The notes under the pieces were generated by a model. That model saw only the letters and a program-made list of their open reading frames with translations. It was not told the DNA's origin and searched no databases. Below, one piece after another: positions 1-11,124 of a DNA stretch of 32,000 nucleotides (position 1 is the first letter of the stretch; each line of letters starts with the position of its first letter). This DNA is from Raphidiopsis brookii D9 (GTDB lineage: Bacteria; Cyanobacteriota; Cyanobacteriia; Cyanobacteriales; Nostocaceae): NCBI GenBank assembly GCA_000175855.1, contig ACYB01000047.1:30001-62000 (forward strand), written 5' to 3'. A program made the position numbers and the translations under genes.

Positions 1-726
1 CACAAATCCTAATTTGCCAGCGTAGGTAATGTCTGTTTTCGTGACTTGACGAATCCCTTCACAATAAACATCTTGTAAGTTAATCCTCTCCCCAAACCCC
101 AATGAGGCTAGAATAGCAATCTTATCCCCAGCGTCTAAACCATCAATATCAGCAGTGGGATCCGCTTCCGCATATCCCAGTCTTTGTGCATCAGCTAGTA
201 CTTCTTCTAGTTCACTCCCTTCCGTCTGCATCCTCGTGAGAATGTAATTGGTAGTGCCATTCACAATACCAATAATACTATAAACCTTATTGACACTTAA
301 AGACTGCTTTAAGGTTTTAATGACAGGAATGCCACCAGCTACGGCAGCTTCAAACATAACATATACACCAGCAGCATTGGCAGCAGTAAATATTTCTTCT
401 CCAAATCGTGAAATTACAGCCTTGTTCGCTGTTACTACGTGTTTACCATTTCTAATAGCCTCCAGAATGAGCGATCGCGCAGGTTCCAATCCACCCATCA
501 GCTCAACAATGATATCTATCTGAGGGTCATTGACAATAGCTGATAAATCCCCACTGAGGATTTCTGGGGGTAAGGTCACTGGGCGTGATTTGTCTGGCGA
601 TCGCACACCTATGCGACATATTTCCACTTCCTGTAACAGTGGGTGACGACCTTGCAAGTCCTGTAACAGTTGTACAGTTCCCGTTCCCACCGTACCCAAT
701 CCTAAGATTCCTAATTTTACGCCCAC
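1..726 (-). CDS. hom: homoserine dehydrogenase (N-terminal part; gene runs off the left edge; probable GTG start at 726)
   Basis: Manual reverse-strand translation: [23 protein letters not shown]...[33 protein letters not shown]...[11 protein letters not shown]...[24 protein letters not shown]...; Rossmann motif GxGxVG and conserved homoserine dehydrogenase segments; continuous frame down to nt 1. Confidence 0.93.
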   Translation of the reverse strand, partial: [242 protein letters not shown]

Positions 727-754
727 GGATTTGGCATCCTACTACATACAAAAC

Positions 755-797
755 ACCATAAAACAATTGTAGGTGGGATGGAACTCCACCTACAAAC
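755..797 (-). terminator. putative rho-independent terminator downstream of petH
   Basis: 10-bp perfect inverted repeat TTGTAGGTGG (767-776) / CCACCTACAA (786-795), followed on the minus strand by TTGTTTTATGG. Confidence 0.55.
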
Positions 798-823
798 TTG
801 CACACAAAAATTGGGAAACAAGG

Positions 824-2245
<1,422 letters not shown>

Positions 2246-2648
2246 CTAGGAAAACCACATCGTTAACGGTTAGTGTTATCTGTTAAGGTGAACCAACAAG
2301 TTAAAGAATATACTAGCGTGTCCTTTTTTGGTAAGTTTCCGCCATTGTATAGCTACAGGCATCTGGCGATCCCCATGACTAAAATTTTTGGCAACAGTCA
2401 CCACATATATGTTCAAATATAATTAGTACACTAATCTGGCAACTTTAACAGCAAATTTGGTTACAAAATACGGTTTTTCTATTTTTTTGTTTATCGCGGG
2501 GGGGGTCAATAGTCTGATATGCTTTTTTTGTGACGGTCAGCCAGGAAAAGGATATTACCTTCCAGGTAAACAAACTCCTAACTGCAAAAATCTGTTGTGA
2601 GAAAAAATATTTGGTTTATTCATTCTGTTTAGTATTGAGAGGAGATTT

Positions 2649-3653
2649 ATGACAAGTAAGCCGGAAAGGGTGGTCTTAATTGGGGTAGCAGGGGACTCAG
2701 GATGCGGCAAATCTACGTTTTTGCGCCGGTTGATTGACCTGTTCGGTGAAGATTTTATGACGGTGATCTGTTTGGATGACTATCATTGCTTGGACCGCAA
2801 ACAACGTAAAGAAACTGGTATTACTGCCTTAGATCCTAGAGCTAATAACTTTGATCTCATGTATGAGCAAATTAAAGCTCTAAAAGAAGGTCATGCTGTT
2901 GATAAACCAATTTATAACCATGAGACCGGCATGATTGACCCGCCGGAACGAATTAAACCCAATCACATTATTGTGGTTGAAGGTTTGCATCCTTTATACG
3001 ATGAAAGAGTCCGATCTCTTTTAGATTTCAGTGTTTATTTTGACATCAGCGATGAGGTGAAAATTGCCTGGAAGATTCAGAGAGACATGGCAGAGCGTGG
3101 GCATCGATATGAAGATGTTTTGGCTCAAATTAACTCTCGCAAGCCCGACTTTGATAAATTCATTGAGCCTCAAAGAGAATTTGCCGATGTAGTTTTACAG
3201 GTGTTGCCTACGAACTTAATCAAAAACGACACTGAGCGCAAGGTTCTGCGGGTAAGAATGCTGCAAAAAGAAGGTAAAGAGGGGTTTGCACCCGTTTATC
3301 TATTTGATGAAGGTTCAACCATCAATTGGACTCCTTGTGGAAGGAAGTTAACCTGTTCCTATCCTGGCATGCAAATGCACTACGGTTCTGATGTTTATTA
3401 TGGTCGCTATGTTTCTGTTTTGGAAGTAGATGGCCAGTTTGATAATTTAGATGAAGTAATCTATGTGGAAAAACATCTGAGTAATACATCCACTAAATAC
3501 ATTGGTGAAATGACCCACTTGTTGTTGCAGCATCGTGAATATCCTGGTTCTAATAATGGCACTGGTTTATTCCAAGTCTTAACCGGGTTGAAGATGCGCT
3601 CTGTTTACGAAATTCTGACAGCCAAGGAAGCAAAATTAGCAGTTAAAGCCTAA
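2649..3653 (+). CDS. prk: phosphoribulokinase
   Basis: 334 aa; P-loop GDSGCGKSTFLRR; YHCLDRKQRK; VVEGLHPLYDERVRSLLDFSVYFDISD; AGAG SD-like sequence just upstream (ttgagaggagatttATG). Confidence 0.97.
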   Translation: MTSKPERVVLIGVAGDSGCGKSTFLRRLIDLFGEDFMTVICLDDYHCLDRKQRKETGITALDPRANNFDLMYEQIKALKEGHAVDKPIYNHETGMIDPPERIKPNHIIVVEGLHPLYDERVRSLLDFSVYFDISDEVKIAWKIQRDMAERGHRYEDVLAQINSRKPDFDKFIEPQREFADVVLQVLPTNLIKNDTERKVLRVRMLQKEGKEGFAPVYLFDEGSTINWTPCGRKLTCSYPGMQMHYGSDVYYGRYVSVLEVDGQFDNLDEVIYVEKHLSNTSTKYIGEMTHLLLQHREYPGSNNGTGLFQVLTGLKMRSVYEILTAKEAKLAVKA

Positions 3654-3675
3654 ATTTTGCCATGTTGGTAAACTC

Positions 3676-3709
3676 AAAAGGGGAACATCTACTGGGTGAA
3701 CCCCTTTTT
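3676..3709 (+). terminator. rho-independent terminator downstream of prk
   Basis: AAAAGGGG (3676-3683) ... CCCCTTTTT (3701-3709) hairpin with T-run. Confidence 0.7.
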
Positions 3710-3738
3710 CATATCTAGCTAATTAATAAGTAAAAGTT

Positions 3739-4944
3739 ATGACTAATATAGACTCTAATAAGCACAAAAAGTCAAAAGCACTGAAACCTGGTAGTCGTCG
3801 TCCAGCTAAGGAACTTTGTAGCGAATGTGGACTGTGTGACACTTACTATATCCACTATGTTAAAGAAGCTTGTGCTTTTATAACTCAAAGAATAGAGGAG
3901 TTAGAAGTAAATACTCATCAGCGTTGTCGAGATCTAGATAAAGAAAATGAACTTTACTTTGGTGTACATCAAGAAATGATGGCAGCTCGGAAACAAGTAC
4001 CTATCGTTGGTGCCCAATGGACAGGAATTGTCAGTACCATAGCTATAGAAATGTTAAATTGTGGTTTAGTGGAAGGGGTTGTCTGCGTGCAGAATAGCCA
4101 AGAAGACCGCTTTCAACCCATGCCCATCATTGCCCGCACCCCTGAGGCCATACTGGCTGCCAAGGTCAATAAACCTACCCTTTCACCCAATCTCTCGGTT
4201 TTAGAGGAAATTGAGCAATCGGGGATGAAAAAGTTATTGGTTATCGGAGTAGGTTGTCAAATTCAGGCCCTGCGAGCAGTGGAAAAACAACTGGGACTGG
4301 AAAAACTCTATGTTCTGGGTACACCATGTGTAGATAATGTTACTAGAACGGGACTGCAAAAATTCTTAGAAACTACTAGTCATTCTCCTGGAACGGTTGT
4401 TAGTTACGAATTTATGCAGGACTTTCGAGTGCATTTCAAACATGAAGATGGGTCAGAAGAAAAAGTCCCCTTCTTCGGTTTAAAAACCAACATCCTCAAG
4501 GATATATTTGCTCCCTCGTGCATGAGTTGCTTTGATTATGTTAACTCCCTAGCAGATTTAGTGGTAGGGTATATGGGTGCACCCTATCCTTGGCAATGGA
4601 TAGTTGTTAGAAATAATACAGGCAAAGAAATGTTAGATCTGGTGAAGGAACAACTAGAAATTCAACCAGTGATGTCTCAAGGTAACCGTCAACCTGCTGT
4701 ACAGCAGGGAATAAAAGCCTACGATGACGCAGTGACATTGCCGATGTGGGTAGCCCAATTAATGGGGATCGTAATAGATAGAATTGGGCCCAAAGGTTTA
4801 GAATACGGAAAGTTTTCCATAGACTCTCACTTTGCCAGAAATTATTTATATGTCAAGCGCCATCATCCTCACAAGCTAGAAGCCCACGTCCCCGAGTTTG
4901 CTAAGCGGATTGTAGCTCAGTATGATTTACCAGGAACTGATTAA
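3739..4944 (+). CDS. bciB: FrhB-family protein, probable 3,8-divinyl (proto)chlorophyllide a 8-vinyl-reductase (ferredoxin type)
   Basis: 401 aa; CSECGLCDTYYIHYVKEACAFI; GVGCQIQALRAVEKQLGLEKLYVLGTPCVDN; SCMSCFDYVNSLADLVVGYMGAP; Fe-S cysteines and family layout of cyanobacterial BciB / F420-dehydrogenase beta-like proteins. Confidence 0.82.
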   Translation: MTNIDSNKHKKSKALKPGSRRPAKELCSECGLCDTYYIHYVKEACAFITQRIEELEVNTHQRCRDLDKENELYFGVHQEMMAARKQVPIVGAQWTGIVSTIAIEMLNCGLVEGVVCVQNSQEDRFQPMPIIARTPEAILAAKVNKPTLSPNLSVLEEIEQSGMKKLLVIGVGCQIQALRAVEKQLGLEKLYVLGTPCVDNVTRTGLQKFLETTSHSPGTVVSYEFMQDFRVHFKHEDGSEEKVPFFGLKTNILKDIFAPSCMSCFDYVNSLADLVVGYMGAPYPWQWIVVRNNTGKEMLDLVKEQLEIQPVMSQGNRQPAVQQGIKAYDDAVTLPMWVAQLMGIVIDRIGPKGLEYGKFSIDSHFARNYLYVKRHHPHKLEAHVPEFAKRIVAQYDLPGTD

Positions 4945-6185
4945 AATTCTCCTACTGCTTCCATAGCTGCTTCTAGAGCTAAGGATAGGTGAGTCCAATG
5001 AGTACCACCTTGGCAATATACAATATAAGGCTCTCTTAATGGACCATCAGCGGATAACTCCAGAGTGCTTCCCTCAATGAAAGTTCCCCCCGCCATAACA
5101 ACCTGACTTTCATAACCTGGCATAGCATCGGGAACGGGATCTAAATAGGAGCCAACAGGAGAAGATTGTTGAATGGCTTTGCAAAAGGCAAGGAGTTTTT
5201 TGGCCGAACCCAGTTTAATAGCTTGAATCACATCTCCCCGGGGTGCTAGGGGTGGGGGATTAACAGGATATCCTAGCTTATCAAATACGTAACCAGTAAG
5301 ATATGTTCCCTTCATGGCTTCCCCCACCATTTGAGGTGCTAAAAATAATCCCTGGAATAACAACCGATTTTGATCGAACGTTGCTCCTCCCGCACTACCA
5401 ATACCAGGAGCAGTCAGTCTACAAGCTGCTGCTTCCACCAGGTCAGCTTTGCCCGCTATATAACCTCCTGCTGTAACAATTGTGCCACCGGGATTTTTGA
5501 TGAGTGACCCAGCCATAAGATCCGCACCCACATGGGTGGGTTCCCTAGTATCAATAAATTCGCCGTAACAGTTATCTACAAAACAGATTGTCCGGGGGTT
5601 TTGTTGTTTAACTATCTCAACTACCCTTTTTATTTCATCAATAGAAAGACTAGAACGCCAGGAATATCCACAGGATCTTTGAATCAAGACTAACCGGGTG
5701 TTTTCCTGGATAGCAGTGCTTAGTTTCTGCCAATTTATTTTTCCCTGATCTGTTAGTTCCAGTTGGCGATATTTTATGCCAAAATCAATCAGGGAGCCTT
5801 GGTTTTGCCCTCGCAAACCAATGACCTCTTCCAGTGTATCGTAGGGAGAACCAACCACTGCCAACATCTCATCCCCAGGACGGAGTACCCCATAAAGCGC
5901 ACAGGCAATCGCGTGAGTACCTGACACAATCTGTACTCTCACCAAAGCTGACTCAGATCCCATAACCTGAGCAAAGACTTGATCCAATGTATCCCTTCCC
6001 AAATCATCGTGTCCATACCCGCTCACACCTGCGAAATGGTGTGATCCTAGATGATGATCACGAAAGGCGTTCAAGACTCTTTGAAGATTATGCTTGACCT
6101 GGGCGTCAATACCATAAAAAATTTCTAATAGTGCCCGTTCTGCTGCTCGCAGGTGTTCTAAGTTGTTCATTGTTTCCTCATTCAA
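4941..6185 (-). CDS. PLP-dependent methionine gamma-lyase family / aluminum resistance family protein
   Basis: 414 aa; SGYGHDDLGRDTLDQVFAQVMGSESALVR, ICFVDNCYGEF, GADLMAGSLIKNPGGTIVTAGGYIAG (PLP lysine region). Confidence 0.85.
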   Translation of the reverse strand: MNEETMNNLEHLRAAERALLEIFYGIDAQVKHNLQRVLNAFRDHHLGSHHFAGVSGYGHDDLGRDTLDQVFAQVMGSESALVRVQIVSGTHAIACALYGVLRPGDEMLAVVGSPYDTLEEVIGLRGQNQGSLIDFGIKYRQLELTDQGKINWQKLSTAIQENTRLVLIQRSCGYSWRSSLSIDEIKRVVEIVKQQNPRTICFVDNCYGEFIDTREPTHVGADLMAGSLIKNPGGTIVTAGGYIAGKADLVEAAACRLTAPGIGSAGGATFDQNRLLFQGLFLAPQMVGEAMKGTYLTGYVFDKLGYPVNPPPLAPRGDVIQAIKLGSAKKLLAFCKAIQQSSPVGSYLDPVPDAMPGYESQVVMAGGTFIEGSTLELSADGPLREPYIVYCQGGTHWTHLSLALEAAMEAVGEF

Positions 6186-6257
6186 AAAAACATTTAAGAA
6201 TATGCAGATTCTTCAATCGAGCATATTAGTCTGGACAATTCCTATCAAGGTTACTGC

Positions 6258-7079
6258 ATGACAATTGCTACTTCAACTAAACCTCAAATCAACTGGGTGA
6301 ACACCCTGTTTTTTATCTTCCTGCACATTGGTGCCCTATTTGCTTTTATTCCCAGTAACTTTAGCTGGACAGCAGTTGGTGTGGCATTATTACTCTACTG
6401 GGTCACTGGTGGTTTGGGGGTTACCCTAGGTTTTCACCGTCTGATTACCCATCGTAGTTTTCAAAGTCCAAAATGGTTAGAGTATTTTTTAGCCTTGTGT
6501 GGTACCCTTGCTTGTCAAGGCGGGCCTATTGAGTGGGTAGGAACACATCGTATTCACCATTTACACTCTGACACTCCAGAAGATCCCCATGATTCCAACA
6601 AAGGTTTCTGGTGGAGTCATATTGGTTGGTTAATTTTCCATTCTCCCGCACATGCTCAAATTCCCCGCTTTACAAAAGATATTGTGGAGGACAGGGTTTA
6701 TCAGTTCTTGCAAAAATATTTCATTCCTATCCAGTTCTTCCTAGGTCTGTTCCTATTAATGTTAGGCGGATGGTCTTTTGTAGTTTGGGGCATTTTTGCT
6801 CGCATAGTTTGGGTTTACCACTGCACCTGGTTAGTTAACAGTGCTACCCATAAATTTGGATATCGTACTTATCCTGAATCTGGAGATAGGTCGACTAACT
6901 GCTGGTGGGTGGCCGTTCTAGTGTTTGGTGAAGGCTGGCATAATAATCACCATGCCTTTCAGTATTCAGCTCGTCATGGACTGGAATGGTGGGAAGTTGA
7001 CCTAACATGGATGACCATTCAACTGCTACAATTTCTGGGTCTAGCTACAAATATTAAACTAGCGCCCAAAAAAGCATAA
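6258..7079 (+). CDS. desC: acyl-lipid delta-9 fatty acid desaturase
   Basis: 273 aa; histidine boxes HRLITHR, HRIHHLHSD, HNNHHAF. Confidence 0.93.
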   Translation: MTIATSTKPQINWVNTLFFIFLHIGALFAFIPSNFSWTAVGVALLLYWVTGGLGVTLGFHRLITHRSFQSPKWLEYFLALCGTLACQGGPIEWVGTHRIHHLHSDTPEDPHDSNKGFWWSHIGWLIFHSPAHAQIPRFTKDIVEDRVYQFLQKYFIPIQFFLGLFLLMLGGWSFVVWGIFARIVWVYHCTWLVNSATHKFGYRTYPESGDRSTNCWWVAVLVFGEGWHNNHHAFQYSARHGLEWWEVDLTWMTIQLLQFLGLATNIKLAPKKA

Positions 7080-7100
7080 ACCATAACTTAGGTCTAATGT

Positions 7101-7135
7101 CAATAGTTTTGAGGTCATGAAACTATTGGCTTTTT
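7101..7135 (+). terminator. rho-independent terminator downstream of desC
   Basis: Inverted repeat CAATAGTTT (7101-7109) / AAACTATTG (7120-7128) followed by gcTTTTTgtt. Confidence 0.75.
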
Positions 7136-7313
7136 GTTAATAAATTTCAGGTTTCGGATTTTCAAGTTGAGAATTTCGATTCTGATAATTGTCGTTGATG
7201 GAAACCTAATTTATTTGCTTTATAATATAATTTAGTTAAAGTGGCAAAAGTTGACTTATCTGCTGTAAAATGATTTTGCCGGCGGATTTACATTGGTTGT
7301 TTCTCAGGTGTTC

Positions 7314-8387
7314 ATGACTACATCACTTATTAAAGACCAGGAAAATCTCGTTTATCCCACCCTGGGTGAGGACGAGATCAAATTAAAACACATTATCAAA
7401 AGTCTCCCAAAGGAATGTTTTCAGAAAAATAGCCGCAAAGCATGGACTAGAGCGATCATCAGTTTAACCACAGTTGGGTTAGGCTATTATTTTTTGGCAA
7501 TTTCTCCCTGGTTTCTTTTACCCGTAGCATGGATTTTCACGGGGACTGCTTTAACCGGATTTTTTGTCATAGGTCATGATTGTGGACATCGTTCTTTTGC
7601 TAACCGTCATTGGGTGAATGACCTAGTTGGGCACCTGTTCATGATGCCTTTAATTTACCCCTTTCACAGTTGGAGAATTAAACATAATTATCACCACAAG
7701 CACACCAATAAACTGGAAGAAGACAATGCGTGGCATCCCATAAGAGTGGAAGTTTTTGGAAGTTGGGGAAAAATCCAACAGTCCGCATTTAAATTATTCA
7801 TACGGAAGCGCCTATGGTGGGTAGGTTCTATCGGACATTGGGCCGTGGTTCATTTTAATCCCGGTAAATTCCAGAAAAAAGACCGAGCTAGTGTCAACTT
7901 ATCTGTAGGTGTGGTGATAGCTTTTGCCGTCATAGTTTTCCCAACATTGATATTCACGACTGGGTTATGGGGTTTTATTAAGTTTTGGTTTATCCCCTGG
8001 ATGGTTTATCACTTTTGGATGAGCACATTTACCATTGTTCACCATACAACTGCAGATGTTCCCTTTAAAACAGCAGATAAATGGAATGAGGCTCTAGCCC
8101 AATTGTTTGGGACAATTCACTGTGATTATCCTCGCTGGGTAGAGATACTCTGTCATGATATTAATGTTCATGTTCCCCATCACATTTCTACGGCAATTCC
8201 TTCCTACAATCTACGGTTAGCTTACAAAAGCATCAAGCAAAATTGGCGACCATTTCTTCATAACGAATGTAAGTTTTCCTGGGATTTAATGAAGAAAATT
8301 ACTAACGAATGTCAACTTTATCAAACCGATATTGGCTACATCACGTTTGATGAGTATTACGCCCAAAACCAAACCGCTCGCAAATAG
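7314..8387 (+). CDS. desA: acyl-lipid delta-12 (omega-6) desaturase; track ORF starts at 7293 but ATG at 7314 (MTTSLIKDQ) is the likely start
   Basis: HDCGHRSF, HNYHHKHTNK, HVPHHIST histidine boxes; DesA-type sequence between desC and desB. Confidence 0.9.
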   Translation: MTTSLIKDQENLVYPTLGEDEIKLKHIIKSLPKECFQKNSRKAWTRAIISLTTVGLGYYFLAISPWFLLPVAWIFTGTALTGFFVIGHDCGHRSFANRHWVNDLVGHLFMMPLIYPFHSWRIKHNYHHKHTNKLEEDNAWHPIRVEVFGSWGKIQQSAFKLFIRKRLWWVGSIGHWAVVHFNPGKFQKKDRASVNLSVGVVIAFAVIVFPTLIFTTGLWGFIKFWFIPWMVYHFWMSTFTIVHHTTADVPFKTADKWNEALAQLFGTIHCDYPRWVEILCHDINVHVPHHISTAIPSYNLRLAYKSIKQNWRPFLHNECKFSWDLMKKITNECQLYQTDIGYITFDEYYAQNQTARK

Positions 8388-8405
8388 TCCCCAAATAAGT
8401 TTTAG

Positions 8406-8424
8406 GACAGGCACTTTGCCTGTC
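8406..8424 (+). other. intercistronic hairpin between desA and desB
   Basis: GACAGGC (8406-8412) ACTTT GCCTGTC (8418-8424), no T-run. Confidence 0.5.
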
Positions 8425-8465
8425 AACTATCCAATTGTGACCTTCATTTAAGAAGAAAAAATCCA

Positions 8466-9545
8466 GTGCAATTAAAAACTGTTCAATCAAACCAAAATCT
8501 TGACATTGAATCTTCTCAAGGTGAAGACAAGTTACCATTTACTCTTCAAGATTTAAAAGCTGCCATTCCCCCTGAATGCTTTCAACCCAGTGTAGTTAAA
8601 TCACTGTATTATTTTTTTCGTGATATTGCGATTATTATCGGGCTATATGCACTGGCAACTTATCTAGACTCCTGGTACTTTTGGCCAGTTTTCTGGATAA
8701 TGCAAGGCACAATGTTTTGGGCCTTATTTGTTGTTGGTCATGATTGTGGACACCAGTCTTTTTCCAAGTATAAATGGCTAAATGATTTGGTAGGTCATCT
8801 TTCTCATATCCCTATTCTTGTACCCTATCATGGTTGGAGAATTAGTCACCGAACTCATCATAAAAACACCGGTAGTTTGGAAAATGACGAGAGTTGGTAT
8901 CCATTGAGTGAGTCTAGTTATCAAAAATTACCTTTTTTGCAAAAGTTGATTCGCTACTATCTGTTTTTACCACTAGCTTATCCTATTTATTTATTCCAAC
9001 GTACCCCTGGAAAAAGTGGTTCACACTTCAATCCTCAAAGTGGTTTGTTTAAACCTTCTGAAAGAGGAGACATTATTACCAGCACTACCTTGTGGATTTT
9101 AATGGTGACTTTATTGGGTTTCTTGACCTATCAATGGGGTTGGCTGTGGTTATTGAAATACTATGCTGCTCCTTATATTGTATTTGTAATTTGGTTGGAT
9201 TTAGTCACCTATTTACATCATACTGAACAAGATTTACCCTGGTATCGTGGTGACAATTGGAATTTCCTCAAGGGTGCAATTTCCACTATTGATAGGGACT
9301 ATGGAGTTTTTAACCACATTCACCATGATATTGGTACCCACGTTGCCCATCATATCTTTTTGAATATGCCTCATTATAATTTATTGAAGGCAACAAAGGC
9401 GATTAAACCAATTTTAGGTGAATATTATCACCAGTCTCAGGTTCCTATTTGGAAAGCATTATTACATTCTGCAATAGTTTGTCATTTTGTTCCCGATCAA
9501 GGTAGCAAGGTTTATTACACCTCTTATGGAAGTAATAGGAAGTAA
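8466..9545 (+). CDS. desB: acyl-lipid omega-3 (delta-15) desaturase
   Basis: 359 aa; HDCGHQSF, HRTHHKNTG, HVAHHIF; DesB-type sequence following desA. Confidence 0.9.
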   Translation: MQLKTVQSNQNLDIESSQGEDKLPFTLQDLKAAIPPECFQPSVVKSLYYFFRDIAIIIGLYALATYLDSWYFWPVFWIMQGTMFWALFVVGHDCGHQSFSKYKWLNDLVGHLSHIPILVPYHGWRISHRTHHKNTGSLENDESWYPLSESSYQKLPFLQKLIRYYLFLPLAYPIYLFQRTPGKSGSHFNPQSGLFKPSERGDIITSTTLWILMVTLLGFLTYQWGWLWLLKYYAAPYIVFVIWLDLVTYLHHTEQDLPWYRGDNWNFLKGAISTIDRDYGVFNHIHHDIGTHVAHHIFLNMPHYNLLKATKAIKPILGEYYHQSQVPIWKALLHSAIVCHFVPDQGSKVYYTSYGSNRK

Positions 9546-9574
9546 TTCTTAGATTATTGATTTTGTAGTTTTAG

Positions 9575-9612
9575 CCAGAACGTCAATGGGATTTAGGCGT
9601 TCTGGTTTGCTT
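9575..9612. terminator. putative bidirectional terminator between convergent desB and modA
   Basis: CCAGAACG (9575-9582) / CGTTCTGG (9598-9605); followed by TTTGCTTT on + strand and by CTAAAACTA on - strand; the modA stop codon (9583-9585) lies in the loop. Confidence 0.5.
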
Positions 9613-10431
9613 TGCCTGGGTCACAATAAAACCATATTTTTTAAAAACAGTTTTTGAGGGATTACTCACTAAAAATTTAGAGAACTTTTTGGCAGCGTCA
9701 ATATTTTTACTTCCCCTAATTATTACTAAGGGATAGATGATAGGAGAATGAAATTTTTCATCAGCTACAAACACCACTTTTACCTGTCCAGAAATTTTTG
9801 CATCAGTTGCATATACTAATCCCGCATCAGCATTGCCACTTTCTACAGCAGCTAAAACCTGACGTACATTATTGCCATAAACCAGTTTGGATTTTATATT
9901 TGACCAGATTTTTAACTGCTCTAAAACTTGTTTTGCATATTGTCCAGCAGGTACGCTCCTAGGTTCACCAATGGCAATCCTTTTTACTTTTTTATCTTGA
10001 AGACTGTAAAAACTATTGACACCGGAACTATTCTTTTGTGTAATCAAGACTAACCGATTTTTAGCTATAATGACTCTACTCTCAGGAAGTAAAAGATCCT
10101 TTTTTTCTAAAGCATCCACTTGTTTTTTAGCAGCAGATATAAAAATATCTACGAATGCCCCCTGTTCTATTTGTTGTTGTAATGATCCGGAAGCACCAAA
10201 GTTGAAGCTGATGTTCACATTCTTCTGCTCTTTTTGGTATAGGGGTTTGAGTTCTTTTAATACATCTTGCAAACTCCCAGCAGCGGACACCAGTAGTTTG
10301 GTAGTTGACTGATCTACTGTCCAAGTTGGTACACCAATGGCTATGAACATCGTGATTAACGCTGTAGCAATTAGTATGAGTAATTTTCTCCGTAATATAG
10401 TAAAATCGATTTTAAGCAATTTTATTCTCAT
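9583..10431 (-). CDS. modA: molybdate ABC transporter substrate-binding protein
   Basis: 282 aa; LLVSAAGSLQDVLKEL, NFGASGSLQQQIEQGAFVDIFISA, DAGLVYATDA; N-terminal hydrophobic segment. Confidence 0.88.
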   Translation of the reverse strand: MRIKLLKIDFTILRRKLLILIATALITMFIAIGVPTWTVDQSTTKLLVSAAGSLQDVLKELKPLYQKEQKNVNISFNFGASGSLQQQIEQGAFVDIFISAAKKQVDALEKKDLLLPESRVIIAKNRLVLITQKNSSGVNSFYSLQDKKVKRIAIGEPRSVPAGQYAKQVLEQLKIWSNIKSKLVYGNNVRQVLAAVESGNADAGLVYATDAKISGQVKVVFVADEKFHSPIIYPLVIIRGSKNIDAAKKFSKFLVSNPSKTVFKKYGFIVTQAKQTRTPKSH

Positions 10432-10515
10432 TACTCCGTATTTTTGCTGGCATAATTCACGGGCGATGCTTAATTACTTGGTTTTGTATTATACAATTTA
10501 GCTGCGCGACACAGC

Positions 10516-11124
10516 TTACTCTAGTGTTGTCAAAAAGTTAACCCTCTTATACAATTGCTTTAATGGTAACTTTAGCTTAATTGATGCTAGATTTAAAATC
10601 GCATCTTCTGTTTCATATTCAGTCAAAAACCACTGATTTTCATTATTCTTTACGTATTGCATTACATAATGCCTAGTCTGATCAATTAAAATATATTCTT
10701 TGAATTGCGGAATTGAACGATAATAAAGAAATTTATCTCCCTGATCATAATCTTTTGTGGATTTGGATAAAACCTCAGTTATTAATAAGGGATTGGTAAT
10801 TATAGTGGTATTATTTCCATAATAAATAGGTTCACTCTCAACTAGCATCAGATCAGGATAAGTAAATTGGCGATATTTTGGTATCCACAATTTGATATCA
10901 CTAATATAAACTTCATAGTCTAAGTCATTTAGTTCTAAATTAAGATGAAAATAAAAGTTACCTGCTAGTTTGTTATGATTTGTTGTTCCACCAGCCATAT
11001 TTATAATTTCTCCATTTCTATATTCATTTTTACAATTAGATTTTTCCTCCAGTTCTAAATATTCTTCTGGTGTATAGTGGACTGTAACTATTTTGATTGC
11101 TTGTATAATAGTTTCTAGTTTCAT
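10516..11124 (-). CDS. Uma2 (DUF820) family putative restriction endonuclease-fold protein; track ORF extends to 11163
   Basis: YTPEEYLELEEKSNCKNEYRNGEIINMAGGTTNHNKLAGN; YPDLMLV; LLITEVLSKSTKDYDQGDKFLYYRSIPQFKEYILIDQ. Confidence 0.85.
   Translation of the reverse strand: MKLETIIQAIKIVTVHYTPEEYLELEEKSNCKNEYRNGEIINMAGGTTNHNKLAGNFYFHLNLELNDLDYEVYISDIKLWIPKYRQFTYPDLMLVESEPIYYGNNTTIITNPLLITEVLSKSTKDYDQGDKFLYYRSIPQFKEYILIDQTRHYVMQYVKNNENQWFLTEYETEDAILNLASIKLKLPLKQLYKRVNFLTTLE

Noticed and set aside
527-805. 92-aa minus-strand ORF in the track
   Set aside because: It is the shifted frame of the homoserine dehydrogenase N-terminus; the hom frame is continuous and has clear conserved motifs.
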